64,000 nucleotides of DNA from the NCBI GenBank assembly GCA_963728565.1, contig CAVSLC010000003.1:87039-151038 (forward strand), in the 5' to 3' direction. Both the position numbers and the translations under genes were made by a program. This document shows, one piece after another, positions 34,638 to 45,507 of the stretch (position 1 is its first letter; every line of letters begins with the position of its first letter). Below the pieces are notes generated by a model that was not told the origin of the DNA, made no database searches, and worked only from the letters and a program-made list of their open reading frames with translations. This DNA comes from an uncultured delta proteobacterium (GTDB lineage: Bacteria; Desulfobacterota; Binatia; UBA9968).

Positions 34638-35999
34638 ATGACAGCGAAGGTCGAACTAACGGAAACGATTTTACGCGATGCTCATCAGTCGTTGCTGGCA
34701 ACGCGGATGCGCACAGAGGACATGTTGCCGATAGCCGCAAAGCTCGATGCCATCGGCTACTGGTCCTTAGAAACATGGGGCGGGGCTACTTTCGACGCGG
34801 CTCTGAGATATCTCAAGGAAGATCCCTGGGAGCGGTTGCGCAGCCTGCGCGCGGCAATTCCCAAGACCCGCTTCCAGATGCTCTTGCGAGGCCAAAACAT
34901 CGTCGGCTACCACAACTATCCGGACGATATTGTCGTCCGCTTCGTCCAACGCGCTGCGGCCGGCGGTATCGACGTTTTCCGTATCTTCGACGCGATGAAC
35001 GATGTGCGCAACATGAAGACTGCCATAGAAGCGGCGCTCAAAACCGGTAAGCTCGTCGAAGGCACGATCTGCTACACAATCAGCCCGGTGCACTCGGTGG
35101 ATTACTTTCTGCGAGTAGGCGAGCAACTGGCAGAGTTGGGCGTGCAGATTATATGCCTCAAAGACATGGCGGGGATGCTCGCTCCGTACGCCGCCCAAGA
35201 GCTGATCAGCAAAATTAAAGCTCGTATTCCGCTACCGCTTCATCTCCATTCTCACTGCACGGCCGGGTTGGCGCCGATGACTTACATGCTCGCCATTGAA
35301 GCCGGCGCTGACATAGTGGACACCGCGCTTTCGCCGTTATCCCAAGGCACGTCACAGCCGGCGACAGAAGCGGTGGTGGCGGCATTAATGGGCAGTTCCC
35401 GGGACACTGGATTGGATTTGGGCAAGCTCAACGAGATCGCCGAATACTTCTATGGAGTGCGCAAGAAATACGCTGAGTTCGAAAGCGCCGTCAACAACCA
35501 GGTCAAGACCGACATTTTGACTTCACAAATTCCCGGGGGAATGTTGTCCAATCTGGTGGCGCAGTTACGGCAGCAGAAGGCCGAGGACAGACTCGACGCG
35601 GTGCTAAATGAAATGCCCCACGTCAGAAAAGATCTTGGATACCCGCCCCTAGTGACGCCGACGAGCCAAATCGTTGGCTCTCAGGCGGCACTGAATGTGA
35701 TCACTGGAAAACGTTATTCCGTCGTTGCCACCGAAACGCGGAACTACGTCATGGGACTGTACGGCAGGCCGCCAGGACCGATCAGCCAGGAGATCAAAAC
35801 AAAAGTTCTAGGCGGAAAAGAGCCGATTGACTGCCGGCCGGCGGATCTTCTTAAGCCGGGTTTGGAAGCTGCGCGCAAGGGAGCCGGCAGCCTCGCAACC
35901 AGTGAAGAGGATGTGCTTACCTACGCATTGTTCCCGGATATTGCCAAGGAGTATTTTCTCTCGCGGGATTCCGGACAGACGTCCCAACCAACCGGCTGA
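34638..35999 (+). CDS. Pyruvate carboxylase B / oxaloacetate decarboxylase alpha-type carboxyltransferase lacking a biotinyl domain
   Basis: RDAHQSLLATR, WGGATFD, KDMAG, HSH, IPGGMLSNL, PPLVTPTSQIVG; no EAMKM motif. Confidence 0.9.
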   Translation: MTAKVELTETILRDAHQSLLATRMRTEDMLPIAAKLDAIGYWSLETWGGATFDAALRYLKEDPWERLRSLRAAIPKTRFQMLLRGQNIVGYHNYPDDIVVRFVQRAAAGGIDVFRIFDAMNDVRNMKTAIEAALKTGKLVEGTICYTISPVHSVDYFLRVGEQLAELGVQIICLKDMAGMLAPYAAQELISKIKARIPLPLHLHSHCTAGLAPMTYMLAIEAGADIVDTALSPLSQGTSQPATEAVVAALMGSSRDTGLDLGKLNEIAEYFYGVRKKYAEFESAVNNQVKTDILTSQIPGGMLSNLVAQLRQQKAEDRLDAVLNEMPHVRKDLGYPPLVTPTSQIVGSQAALNVITGKRYSVVATETRNYVMGLYGRPPGPISQEIKTKVLGGKEPIDCRPADLLKPGLEAARKGAGSLATSEEDVLTYALFPDIAKEYFLSRDSGQTSQPTG

Positions 36000-36092
36000 T
36001 GGTTGAGGCAATTACAGGCAACTACAAGGATGAAAGCGGAAGTCCAAAGCGGACTCAGTTTTCAGCCTTCATAATTCATCTTTTCCAAACTG

Positions 36093-36992
36093 TTAAATGA
36101 CCTTATTGAGTGGGTATTCGATAATGCCCACGGCGCCGTTGCGTATCAGAAGCGGAATCAAATCCCTGACTTTGGCTTCTTCGAGCACGCTCTCCACCGA
36201 GAACCATCTGATCCCTTTCAGGCTCGGAGAAGGATGAAGTGTGGCGACCGTTGGCGCCGTGATGCTCGGAATCAGCTGTATGACCTTTTCCAGGTCGGCT
36301 TCGGCGACATTCAGCTTGATGCCGACCTTGTTTTCCGCCGAAAGCGCTCCCAGCAGTAGAAGTCGGATTTGCTCAATCTTCTCCTTCTTCCAAGGGTCCT
36401 GCCATGCGTCCTGGTTGGCGATCAGTTGGGGACAGGATTCCATTAGCTCATGGATAATCCTCAGCCCATGAGCGCGGATCGTGCTACCGGTCTCGGTCAC
36501 TTCAACGATGGCGTCGACCAGACCTTCGGCAGCCTTGGCCTCGGTGGCGCCCCAGGAGAATTCGACTTCGACGGGGATTTCTCTTTCGGCAAAATAGCGC
36601 TTCGTATAGTTCACCATTTCCGAGGAAATTCGCTTACCCCGAAGGTCTTCTATCCTTTCAATCGGTGAATCCTGCGGCACAGCCAGCACCCAGCGAGTTG
36701 GGCGAAAGCTGGTCTTCGAATAGATCATCTCGCAGACGAGCTGGACATCGGAACCGTTCTCCATGACCCAATCTCTGCCGGTGATGGCGACATCCAGAGT
36801 GCCGGACTCGACGTAACGTGACATTTCCTGGGGACGCGCCAGGCTACAGCGCAAAGTCTCATCATCGATGGAGGGGAAATAACTGCGGCTCGTCGTCGAA
36901 ATTTTCCAGCCGGATTTTCTGAAGAGCTCGATGGTCATTTCCTCGAGGCTCCCCTTCGGTATTCCCAGCTTCAGTTCTTTGCCGGCCTTCAT
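36093..36992 (-). CDS. hisG: ATP phosphoribosyltransferase (long form)
   Basis: [24 protein letters not shown]-terminal regulatory domain. Confidence 0.95.
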   Translation of the reverse strand: MKAGKELKLGIPKGSLEEMTIELFRKSGWKISTTSRSYFPSIDDETLRCSLARPQEMSRYVESGTLDVAITGRDWVMENGSDVQLVCEMIYSKTSFRPTRWVLAVPQDSPIERIEDLRGKRISSEMVNYTKRYFAEREIPVEVEFSWGATEAKAAEGLVDAIVEVTETGSTIRAHGLRIIHELMESCPQLIANQDAWQDPWKKEKIEQIRLLLLGALSAENKVGIKLNVAEADLEKVIQLIPSITAPTVATLHPSPSLKGIRWFSVESVLEEAKVRDLIPLLIRNGAVGIIEYPLNKVI

Positions 36993-37029
36993 GAGCCGCG
37001 GGCCTCTATAATGAACAGTTGAAGCGGGC

Positions 37030-37413
37030 TCATAATGATTTTTTGTAAACCTCTTTCGGATCAAAAACCCGTTCGGCGCAAATTTCCCAGTGGTCGCCGG
37101 AGCGCTGGCGAAAGAAGCAACTTCGAAATCCTTCATGGCAAGCGGCGCCGCCGATCTGATTGACCTGCAGCAAAATCGTGTCATTGTCGCAGTCGATGAA
37201 AGCATCTCTTACTTCTTGGAAGTTGCCCGACTCCTCGCCTTTGAACCAAAGCCCCTTGCGGGAACGGCTGTAATAATGCGCTTTGCCGGTCTTTTGTGTT
37301 TGCTCCCACGCCTCTTCGTTCATATAAGCAACCATCAACACGTCGCGCGATTCGTAGTCCTGCACGATCACGGGAATCAAGCCGTCAGCCTTGGCGAAGT
37401 CTATCTTTTCCAT
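37030..37413 (-). CDS. hisI: Phosphoribosyl-AMP cyclohydrolase
   Basis: SRSR..W.KGEESG, DCDND, ACHEG..SCF. Confidence 0.95.
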   Translation of the reverse strand: MEKIDFAKADGLIPVIVQDYESRDVLMVAYMNEEAWEQTQKTGKAHYYSRSRKGLWFKGEESGNFQEVRDAFIDCDNDTILLQVNQIGGAACHEGFRSCFFRQRSGDHWEICAERVFDPKEVYKKSL

Positions 37414-37498
37414 CGATTTTCCTCGAATTCACTGAGTTAACATAGGCCCCGCCGGACTTCAAACGAGACATCAGCCGGGCCTGGCATTATCAACAGGA

Positions 37499-38215
37499 CT
37501 ACGAGTCGCCGCGGCGATTTTGAGTATCGGAATCGTCTTGATCTTCTCCGTGGCCGAGCCTCCGCCAGTAAATCCCTTCAGGCCGCGGGAAATTCGCATC
37601 GATTTCGATAATCTCGCCCGGCGTAACGATAGCGCTGAGCGGGATGTCGTGTTCGGCCATCGGCAGGTCTTCGTCGACGATTTGCAACGGGTGAACCGAG
37701 GTGACGATCGGCGTCTTTGCGGAAATCTTTTTGTTCTCGGTCAGCAAGGCGAATTCCAAGTCCGAATAGCCGCCGCCTTTACCGACCCGAGCGCCGCGGC
37801 GATTGACCGCGACCGAGCCGCAGATGATCAGGTCAATTTTTTTGATTTCATCCAGCCCGATCAACCTGCCGAACTTTGCCGCACCCTGAATTGTAGACGC
37901 GGTGTAAGGGGAACAATTTAGTTTCGCTGGATCGAGCTCGATAAATGGTTTCTGATTGCGCAGGCGCGGCACCGCCATATAGACGATTTTGCCATCGGCA
38001 AGAGCTTTGTGCCGAATCGCTCTTTGCGGTGAGTCCGGATTGGATTTCAAAGCTATGGCGCGCTTCCAGTATGGTTTTTCGGCGAGCAGGCGCGCGCAGA
38101 CTTCGGCGCCAATAAAGTTGGGTATTCTTCCTTGGGCGCCGGGAAAGCGCGCCACTTTCTCACGCTGCATCATCGACCAAACTTTCTGTCGGATCTGCTC
38201 TTTTGTTCGCATCAC
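37499..38215 (-). CDS. 5-formyltetrahydrofolate cyclo-ligase family (MTHFSD-like); probable +1 indel near 37554
   Basis: GRIPNF.G, NPDSPQ, GKGGGYSDLE, HD; alternate frame near the end reads ATEKIKTIPIL. Confidence 0.8.
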   Translation of the reverse strand: MMRTKEQIRQKVWSMMQREKVARFPGAQGRIPNFIGAEVCARLLAEKPYWKRAIALKSNPDSPQRAIRHKALADGKIVYMAVPRLRNQKPFIELDPAKLNCSPYTASTIQGAAKFGRLIGLDEIKKIDLIICGSVAVNRRGARVGKGGGYSDLEFALLTENKKISAKTPIVTSVHPLQIVDEDLPMAEHDIPLSAIVTPGEIIEIDANFPRPEGIYWRRLGHGEDQDDSDTQNRRGDS

Positions 38216-38314
38216 AATAAATTATTCCTGCCTTCGATAGATGACAAGCGAGCATAGAGTCATCACGGGAAATCGGTGCGATTGCGCTCACTGTCACACT
38301 TGCGGATTAGCGGA

Positions 38315-38344
38315 TTGACTGGGTGTGAAAGGCGGTTGTAAGAT
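38315..38344 (+). promoter_or_regulatory. Putative sigma70 promoter giving a near-leaderless transcript
   Basis: TTGACT-N18-TAAGAT, 8 nt before ATG at 38353, no SD. Confidence 0.5.
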
Positions 38345-38352
38345 CGATATTA

Positions 38353-39198
38353 ATGCAAGAGTTCATCGTCGTCTATGTGACCGCTGGATCGGCCGACGAG
38401 GCGGATCGGTTGGCCCGTTCGCTGGTTGACGAGCGGCTTGCGGCTTGCGTCAATCGCATCAAGTCGGTGCAGTCGGTTTATCGATGGCAGGGCAAAGTAG
38501 AGCAGAGCGAAGAAGAGCTGTTGATTATCAAAACGAGCCGGGACCGGTTCGCGGTTCTGGAGAAACGCGTTCGAGAACTTCACAGTTACTCAGTTCCAGA
38601 AGTGATCGCATTGCCAGTGATCGAAGGCAGCAGCGGCTATCTGAAATGGCTCAAGGAGCAGGTTACTTCCGGGCCGCGGCCCCGCGGCGATGGCATACGA
38701 ACAGTCCGCGAAGTTTCGGCCGGCGGCGTGATGTACCGCAAGCACAGCGATGAGATTCAAATCGCCTTGATTCACGTGCGCAATCGATGGGGCCTGCCTA
38801 AAGGTCATGTTGAAGAAGGCGAGCGCATCGAAGAAACCGCTTTGCGCGAAGTGCGAGAGGAGACTGGATTAGAAGGTCGCGTGGTAAGAAAAGTCGGCGA
38901 TATCCGCTACGCCTATCGTGATAAAACCAAGGAAGGCGAGCCGATCCGCATCTATAAACGGGTTCATTTTTATTTATTGCGTTACCTGAAGGGCGATGTT
39001 CGTGATCATGATCACGAAGTTGACGAGGCGCGCTGGTTTCCCATGGACCAGGTGATCAAAAACTTAAAGTTCGCCAGCGAACGAAAAATGGTTCATCGGG
39101 CGCTGAGCATCCTGACGGCAAGTGACAATCAGCGGGTCAAGCAGGCGCCCGAACGGCAATCCGAAGATGAACCGGTTGAGCAAAAGCTCCCCCGCTAA
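38353..39198 (+). CDS. CutA - NUDIX hydrolase fusion protein
   Basis: N-term LAACVN..SVYRWQG..HSYSVPE (CutA); C-term PKGHVEEGE...[11 protein letters not shown] (Nudix box). Confidence 0.85.
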   Translation: MQEFIVVYVTAGSADEADRLARSLVDERLAACVNRIKSVQSVYRWQGKVEQSEEELLIIKTSRDRFAVLEKRVRELHSYSVPEVIALPVIEGSSGYLKWLKEQVTSGPRPRGDGIRTVREVSAGGVMYRKHSDEIQIALIHVRNRWGLPKGHVEEGERIEETALREVREETGLEGRVVRKVGDIRYAYRDKTKEGEPIRIYKRVHFYLLRYLKGDVRDHDHEVDEARWFPMDQVIKNLKFASERKMVHRALSILTASDNQRVKQAPERQSEDEPVEQKLPR

Positions 39199-39239
39199 CT
39201 CGCTGCGACGATTTGCCCGCGAATCGGTGACGGAAATTC

Positions 39240-40620
39240 ATGGTCATGAGTGATCGAGCTGTCGGCGTTACGTTTTCGGTGCCGTACGAGATCGCTGCGG
39301 TTCGTCGGTTACGGCAGACCAGCCTGCAGGAGCGTGAACACGCGCTCCAGGCCTGCGGCTATAACTGTGAGCTGCTGCCCCAGGACGCAATCTATATCGA
39401 TCTCTGCACCGATAGCGGCGTGAGCGCATTGAGCACGGCCCAGATTGCTGCCGGGAGTGGGATCGAGGCGGTGGAGCCGGCAATGGGCATGGCGACAGAA
39501 GCCAGCCGAGCATTTGCTTCTCTGTCAGCGCAGTACCGCGAAGTTTTTTGGGTTTCCCTACTTAGTTCCGGCCATCCAGGGACGCGCCGCTGAACGCATA
39601 TGGGCAAAGATTCATGTCAAGCCTGGTACTGTGGTGCCCGGCAATATGCTGTTTCCGTCGACGCGCATGCATATCGAAGCCAACGGCGGCAAGGTGATCG
39701 ATGTCATAGCCGATGGCGCCCACGATCTCCAATCAGAAGATCCCTTCAAAGGAGATCTCGACATCGAAAAACTTGCCGCGCTTTTTCGCGAGCACGGACG
39801 GCAAAAGGTCAGCTGCATCTATGTCGAGCTTAGCGTTAACGCTTGCGGCGGCCATCCGGTCTCTCTCGGCAATCTCAAGAAGGTCAAGGCGCTGGCCGCA
39901 ACGAACGGTGTGCCGCTGTTTCTCGATGCCTGCCGGATTCTCGAGAATAGCTATTTGATCCGGCAACGCGAGGCCGGATATCATGATCGTTCCATTCGCG
40001 AAATCGTTTTTGAAACGTGTGAATCGGCAGACGGTTGCACGATGAGCGCCATGAAAGATCTGCTGGTTCCGATGGGCGGCATGATCGGCAGCCGCGATCC
40101 CGTCACCTTCCAAAAGGCGACCCTGCAAAGTTTTCTCGATGGCGCGCAGCTCCCGGCAAGCGCAATGCAAATGATCAGCACCGCGCTTGACGAGATCTTG
40201 GCCGAGGATGCCTATGTGACCAGCCGGGTGGAGCAGGTTAACTATCTTTGGCGCAGGCTCAGAGAGACAGTCCCAGTGGTGCATCCGCCCGCCGGTCACG
40301 CCGTGTATATCGACCTGGCCGCGTTTTTGCCGCACGTGGCTGCGGAGAATCATCGCGCCGAGGCTCTAGCCGCGTTTCTTTATTGCGTTTCCGGCGTTCG
40401 GGTGACCAAAGGCGCGCCACCGGCGCCGGCCCAAACCGCGCGCGGGGTGGAGCTACTTCGGCTGGCAGTGCCGGCGCGTAAGTACGTTCAGGGGCATATC
40501 GATGACGTCGCCGAAGCCGTGTTGTATGCGTATGCCCACCGCCACGAAATTAGAGGATTGAAGCAGGTCGATGATCCTCAAAGAGCCAAATACCAGCCTT
40601 GTCACTTTGAGCCATTATGA
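39240..40620 (+). CDS. Divergent tryptophanase / tyrosine phenol-lyase family PLP enzyme (frameshift in T-run near 39545, likely artefact)
   Basis: IDLCTDSG, QGRAAE, DACR..EN, MSAMKD, GHAVYID, LLRLAVP across two frames. Confidence 0.8.
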
Positions 40621-42423
40621 GTTTCTTTTCGGCATCAGTTGAACAAAACTCCCGATCTCGTTTGGGTCAGCTCTTTTTTCACCGGGTTAGCGAGCTTGGC
40701 GAGCGCACTTTTTTAAAGATACAGCGTTGTGGCAGCTTCGAAGATATCTCATGGCGCGATGTCGGCGCGATGGTTCAAAACACCCTGTTGGGCCTGCACT
40801 CGTTGGGGATGACCAGAGGCGACAATGTCGCGATTCTGGGCGACAACAGTCTGCCCTGGCTTTGCGCCGACCTGGCGACATTGGCTGGAGGCTTGCCGAA
40901 CGTGGTGATCTCGCCAAATGCCTCGGAGGCAACCTTATTAAAGATTCTTGCGCATTCTCGCTGCCGCGCAATCTTTGTCGACGCCGTTGCTGCCCGAAGA
41001 TTGCTCCCGCTTAAAGCGCGATTGCCCAATCTGTCGTACGCTATTGTTTTGGATGGCAGCGTCGAAGAGCTTCGCGGCTGCATCTCATTTGCCGAGCTGT
41101 TGCAACAGAGCCGACGATGTCACATCAGCCAACTGGATCGATTGCTGGAATCAGTCCATCCAAGTGATCTTGCGACCATTATGTACACCTCCGGGTCCAC
41201 CGGTGCGCCCAAAGGAGTGATGCGAACTCACGGTAATTTGCTGTCAAACATCGCTAGTGGGGGCGAAATCGTCTTGAGCAAGGCTGAAGAGCTGACGATC
41301 ATTGTGCTGAGTCTGAACCATCTATTCGGCCGCTACGGTTTTCTGAAGAGCGCTGTTACCGGTCGAACCACGGCAATGATCGAGGCTACGGAATTGAATT
41401 TAGATTTATCCGTAATTCACGGTTTGCGGCCAACCGCGATGTCGGTGGTTCCAAGAGTGATGGAACGGCTGTGGAACGCGATTTTAGGTCGAGGATCCAT
41501 TGGTGCGTTGTGGGATCGCTTTGAAGAACTCGATCGAGACAATCGGCTAACGGGCTCCGGCGATCATGCCGGGGGTGAGATCGAACCGATTAAAGCAAGT
41601 CTGCGAGAGGCCGCGCAACAGGCATTAGGCGGGCAGGGTTAAATATATCACCTACGGCGGGGCGGCGATGCCGCCGCATATCCAGCGATTCTTCCATGTG
41701 ATCGGCGTGCCTTTGATTGGTTCATATGGCTCGACCGAATGTGGCGGCGTGACTCTGTGCGGGATCGACAATGCCAAACCGGGGAGTCTAGGCAAACCGT
41801 TTCCTAATGTCGAGCTGCGGTTGTCCGACGACGGCGAACTTCTGGTCCGTGGTCCCACTGTAAGCCCGGGGTACTTCGAAGATCCGCAAGCCACGCGTGA
41901 AGCGTTTGATGCCGATGGCTGGTTTCGCACCGGCGATTTGGGCAGAATCGACAATGAGGGATCTCTCTATATCGTTGGGCGGAAAAAGGATCTTTTTTAT
42001 TGTGCTGACGGCTCCAATATCAATCCGGCCAATATCGAAGCGCTGCTGGAAAATGACTCGTTCATTCGGCAGGCAGTTCTAGTGGGCGACCATCGAGCCT
42101 TTATCGCTGCTCTGATCGTACCCGAGCGACGCCGTATAGCGGCTGTCCTGGGTCGAATCGAAACTACATTGAGCGATAGCGAAATCGAAGCGGCTCTGAG
42201 CCAGCGTATAGAGCTGATCAATGCTCAGTTGGACGATTACGAGAAGATTCGCAAGCTGGCGGTGATCCCGAACGATTTCCCCGCGGAGCTTCGCAGTATG
42301 ATCGCATTACACAAGATTAAGATAGATCGCCAAGCCGTTGAGGATCGATATCGTGCCGAGATCGAGGCGATTTATTCGAGCACCGGTGAAGAATCAGAAG
42401 CATCTTCGATAGAATTTTCTTGA
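40617..42423 (+). CDS. Long-chain acyl-CoA synthetase-like AMP-dependent ligase (frameshift near 41636)
   Basis: YTSGSTGAPKG, YGSTE, GWFRTGDLG, GRKKD; joined frames read ALGGQ-VKYITYGGA. Confidence 0.85.
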
Positions 42424-42574
42424 CAGTTCTACGTCACCTGAAGGATATATTCCGGAAACGTCTCAGAGTTGCGTCGATTAACCCGCTAAGCCGGTAATCT
42501 CGAGTGATTGCGAGTCTAACCCGGTGCAAACCTGCTTATCAACTTAGGGTGCCGGCTTTAAGGAGGAGATAAAC

Positions 42575-43015
42575 ATGTGGACAGAGTTCAAAGAGTTTAT
42601 CGCGCGCGGCAACGTTATCGATCTGGCAGTGGCAGTAATCATTGGCGCGGCTTTTGGCAAAATCGTCACATCCCTCGTGGATGGCATACTGATGCCGCCG
42701 CTGGGATTGCTGCTCGGCAAGGTTGATTTTAGCAGTTTGTTTTATGTGCTTGATAGTTCAAAGGGTATGCCCGTTTCCCTGCAGGACGCCAAAGCCAAGG
42801 GCATTCCGGTGATTGCCTATGGTAATTTCATCAACGATGTTATCTATTTTTTGATCATTGCACTCGTCATTTTCTTGCTTATACGAATGATCAATAGCAT
42901 GAAGAAAAAAGAAGCCGAGGCTCCCACGGCAAAGGAGTGCCCGTACTGCTTATCGACCATTCCCGTCAAGGCCACGCGCTGTGCTCACTGCACGGTGGAT
43001 CTAAAAGCAGCATAG
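42575..43015 (+). CDS. mscL: Large-conductance mechanosensitive channel with C-terminal Zn-ribbon
   Basis: [30 protein letters not shown]; CPYC...CAHC; AGGAGG SD. Confidence 0.95.
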   Translation: MWTEFKEFIARGNVIDLAVAVIIGAAFGKIVTSLVDGILMPPLGLLLGKVDFSSLFYVLDSSKGMPVSLQDAKAKGIPVIAYGNFINDVIYFLIIALVIFLLIRMINSMKKKEAEAPTAKECPYCLSTIPVKATRCAHCTVDLKAA

Positions 43016-43357
43016 TTCGAGAATGGCCCACACAGGCGGTGACAACGATTCGACGCGATTGACTGCCGCTCAGGGTGTTCTAGATTTCGATGCAGTCGCG
43101 GCAACGTTGCTGCCGGGCATTCAATATCGCGACCTCCGTTGGGAGCTTCAAATACTCTATCTTCAACGACAGGTTAACATTCCCTCTCTTCTATTCTGCC
43201 CCCTAAAAAGAACGTCCAGAGTTAGTGTTGCATAATGCTGAGTAAGCCATAAAGACGAAATACAAATGATTTCGCGCAGCACCATGGGCAAACATTCGCC
43301 GGCGCTAAGCGGAGTAGCTCTACAGGATTTTATTCTGTTGCCGGGAAGGAGTAGAGG

Positions 43358-44101
43358 ATGGGCCAAGTAGCGATCATAACGGGTGGTGGTGGCGGCATCG
43401 GTAGCGCCGTGGCTCATCGAATGGCGGCGGCAGGCATGACCGTGGTGATTGCTGATTATGACCATGCTGCCGCGCAAATGGTGATGGAGGAAATCACATC
43501 GGGCGGCAGCTCGGCAGATGCGATAGCGCTGGATGTCACGCAATCGCACGAAGTCAAAGCGCTGGTGACCGGTGTCGCTTCGCGCCATGGCCGTATCGAC
43601 GTGCTGGCCAACATCGCCGGAGGCAGCATTTACACCAAGCGCGTTGAGGAATTCACCTGGGGCGAATGGAAGCAGGTGATCGACAATAATCTGAAAGGCA
43701 CATTCCTCATGTGCCGTGAAGTAGCGCCGATCATGCAGAAGCAAAAGAGCGGCAGAATCCTCAATACGGCTTCCAATTATGGAGTGACAGGTTCGGCGCT
43801 GCGCGCGCCTTATGCCGCGGCCAAAGCCGGGATTATTACTTTTTCGAAGAGCCTCGCCCTGGAATTGGCGCCCGACGGGATTCTCGTCAATACGGTGGCG
43901 CCGGGCCCGACGGATACGCCGCGGGTGATGGAAAAAGAATCTCCTGACGCTCGCCAGGAGCGCTGGTATCCGGCGATTCCATTGGGGCGAACCGGACAAC
44001 CCGGCGATCTCGCCGAGATCTACTATTTTCTTACTACACCGGAGAGCGCGGCAATCACAGGACAGACCTTTCACGTCAACGGCGGGCTGGTGATGCCATG
44101 A
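43358..44101 (+). CDS. SDR family oxidoreductase
   Basis: TGGGGGIG, YAAAK, VAPG. Confidence 0.92.
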   Translation: MGQVAIITGGGGGIGSAVAHRMAAAGMTVVIADYDHAAAQMVMEEITSGGSSADAIALDVTQSHEVKALVTGVASRHGRIDVLANIAGGSIYTKRVEEFTWGEWKQVIDNNLKGTFLMCREVAPIMQKQKSGRILNTASNYGVTGSALRAPYAAAKAGIITFSKSLALELAPDGILVNTVAPGPTDTPRVMEKESPDARQERWYPAIPLGRTGQPGDLAEIYYFLTTPESAAITGQTFHVNGGLVMP

Positions 44102-44845
44102 GACTTGAAAACAAATGCGCAGTGATAACCGGTGGGGCTCAGGGAATCGGTCGCGCCATCGCTCTGGGAATGGCGCGAGAGGGCGCAAAAGTTGTCGTCG
44201 CCGACTTGCAGTCGGAAAAAGCACGTTCGGTTGCCGACGAGGTGAAAATGCTTGGCGGCGATGCGTTGGGGTTCGAAGTCAATGTTGCCGACGAATCTTC
44301 TGTGAAGAGACTGGCCGAAGCAACCTTCGCTGAATTTGGTCGAGTCGATATCCTGGTCAACGATGCCGGCGTCTATCTCAAATCTTCTGTTGTCGATATG
44401 AGCGAAGCGGATTGGGATCGCACCCTCGATATCAATCTCGGCGGAAATTTTCTTTGCTGCCGCGCGTTTCGTCCCGGCGATGCGGCAGCAAAAAAGCGGC
44501 CGGATTCTGAGCATGGCCTCCGGCATTGGCCATTATGGCATGAAACAGTTCTCGCACTACGCCGCCTCGAAAGCGGCGATTATCGGGTTCGTCAAATCTT
44601 TGGCGCGCGAGCTCGGACCGGATGGGATTACCGTTAATGCGATCTGTCCGGGTTCCGCCAATACGGCGATGCCGCGTGGCCATCGCTCCGAAGAGGAAGT
44701 CATGCAGCGCTTGCATTCTACGCCATTGCCGCACGTTTTAGAGCCGGAAGACATCGCCGGACCGATTCTCTTTCTCGCCAGTGACGCGGCGGCATACATA
44801 ACCGGACAGTCCTACAATATCAACTGCGGAACCTACATGTACTGA
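44098..44845 (+). CDS. SDR family oxidoreductase (frameshift near 44467)
   Basis: TGGAQGIG, NDAG in frame 1; YAASK, ICPG in frame 2; extra T in RAF-VPAMR. Confidence 0.88.
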
Positions 44846-44919
44846 CGCTGTTCAGGAAGTCGCCGCTTACGCTAACGGCACTCACGCCGCCAGTTGAAAT
44901 TCGAAGATTGAAGCCCCGC

Positions 44920-45402
44920 GAAGCTCCACATTACCGATTTGCCGATTGCACGAAACAGTTCTTGTTTTCATGCTGGTGTCGTCAGTGATGCAGTGTCGAA
45001 GGCCAAAGGATCCTATGAAATAATGTTTGTGGATGACGGTAGCCGGATGGAACGGATCGAAATATCAGAGAACTGAACGAGTTCGGGTATCCTGTTCGGC
45101 TGATAACCGAGTGGGCGAGAGATCTTACCGCTGACGAGGAGAATGCTCGGCGGTAATTCGCGGTTTCTCCGAAGCGAATGGCGAGACATTCATCTGCTTG
45201 GATGCTGACTTGCGCCATCCGCCGGAGGCCATCCGGTGGTTTGCTACAAGATCGCGCTGGAGCTGATCGTGAAATGCATTGCTCCATGCTTAGAGAGCTT
45301 CTGATACGTTTCGCGCAGCGGCAGTTCGGCGAAAGCAAGTTGTCGCTGGTCGAACGGTTCAACTCTGCGGCATCTGAGCCGCCTGCTGCGGTTTGAATAT
45401 GA
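44920..45402 (+). pseudogene. Decayed GT2 polyprenol-phosphate mannose synthase (DPM1-like) remnant
   Basis: Hand translation across frames: YEIMFVDDGS, AVIRGF..ANGETFICLDADLRHPPEAI, YKIALELIVKC, FAQRQFGESKL; several frameshifts and the middle region missing. Confidence 0.75.
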
Positions 45403-45507
45403 CCTTCGGAATGCTGTCAAGTAAGCATGAGCATTTTAGCCTCCGATGCGGCTAATTTAACTTCCCGCCGAAAGCGGCTGAACTCTAACAAACTCGGAGA
45501 GATATCT

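Noticed and set aside
36027-36085. Imperfect hairpin and TTCAnnn repeats between the convergent carboxyltransferase and hisG genes
   Set aside because: Single short occurrence with no U-tract; cannot be supported as a terminator or repeat family from this window
38216-38352. 6S RNA upstream of the 5-formyl-THF cyclo-ligase family gene
   Set aside because: Only ~135 nt, holds a divergent promoter, and shows no long rod-like pairing
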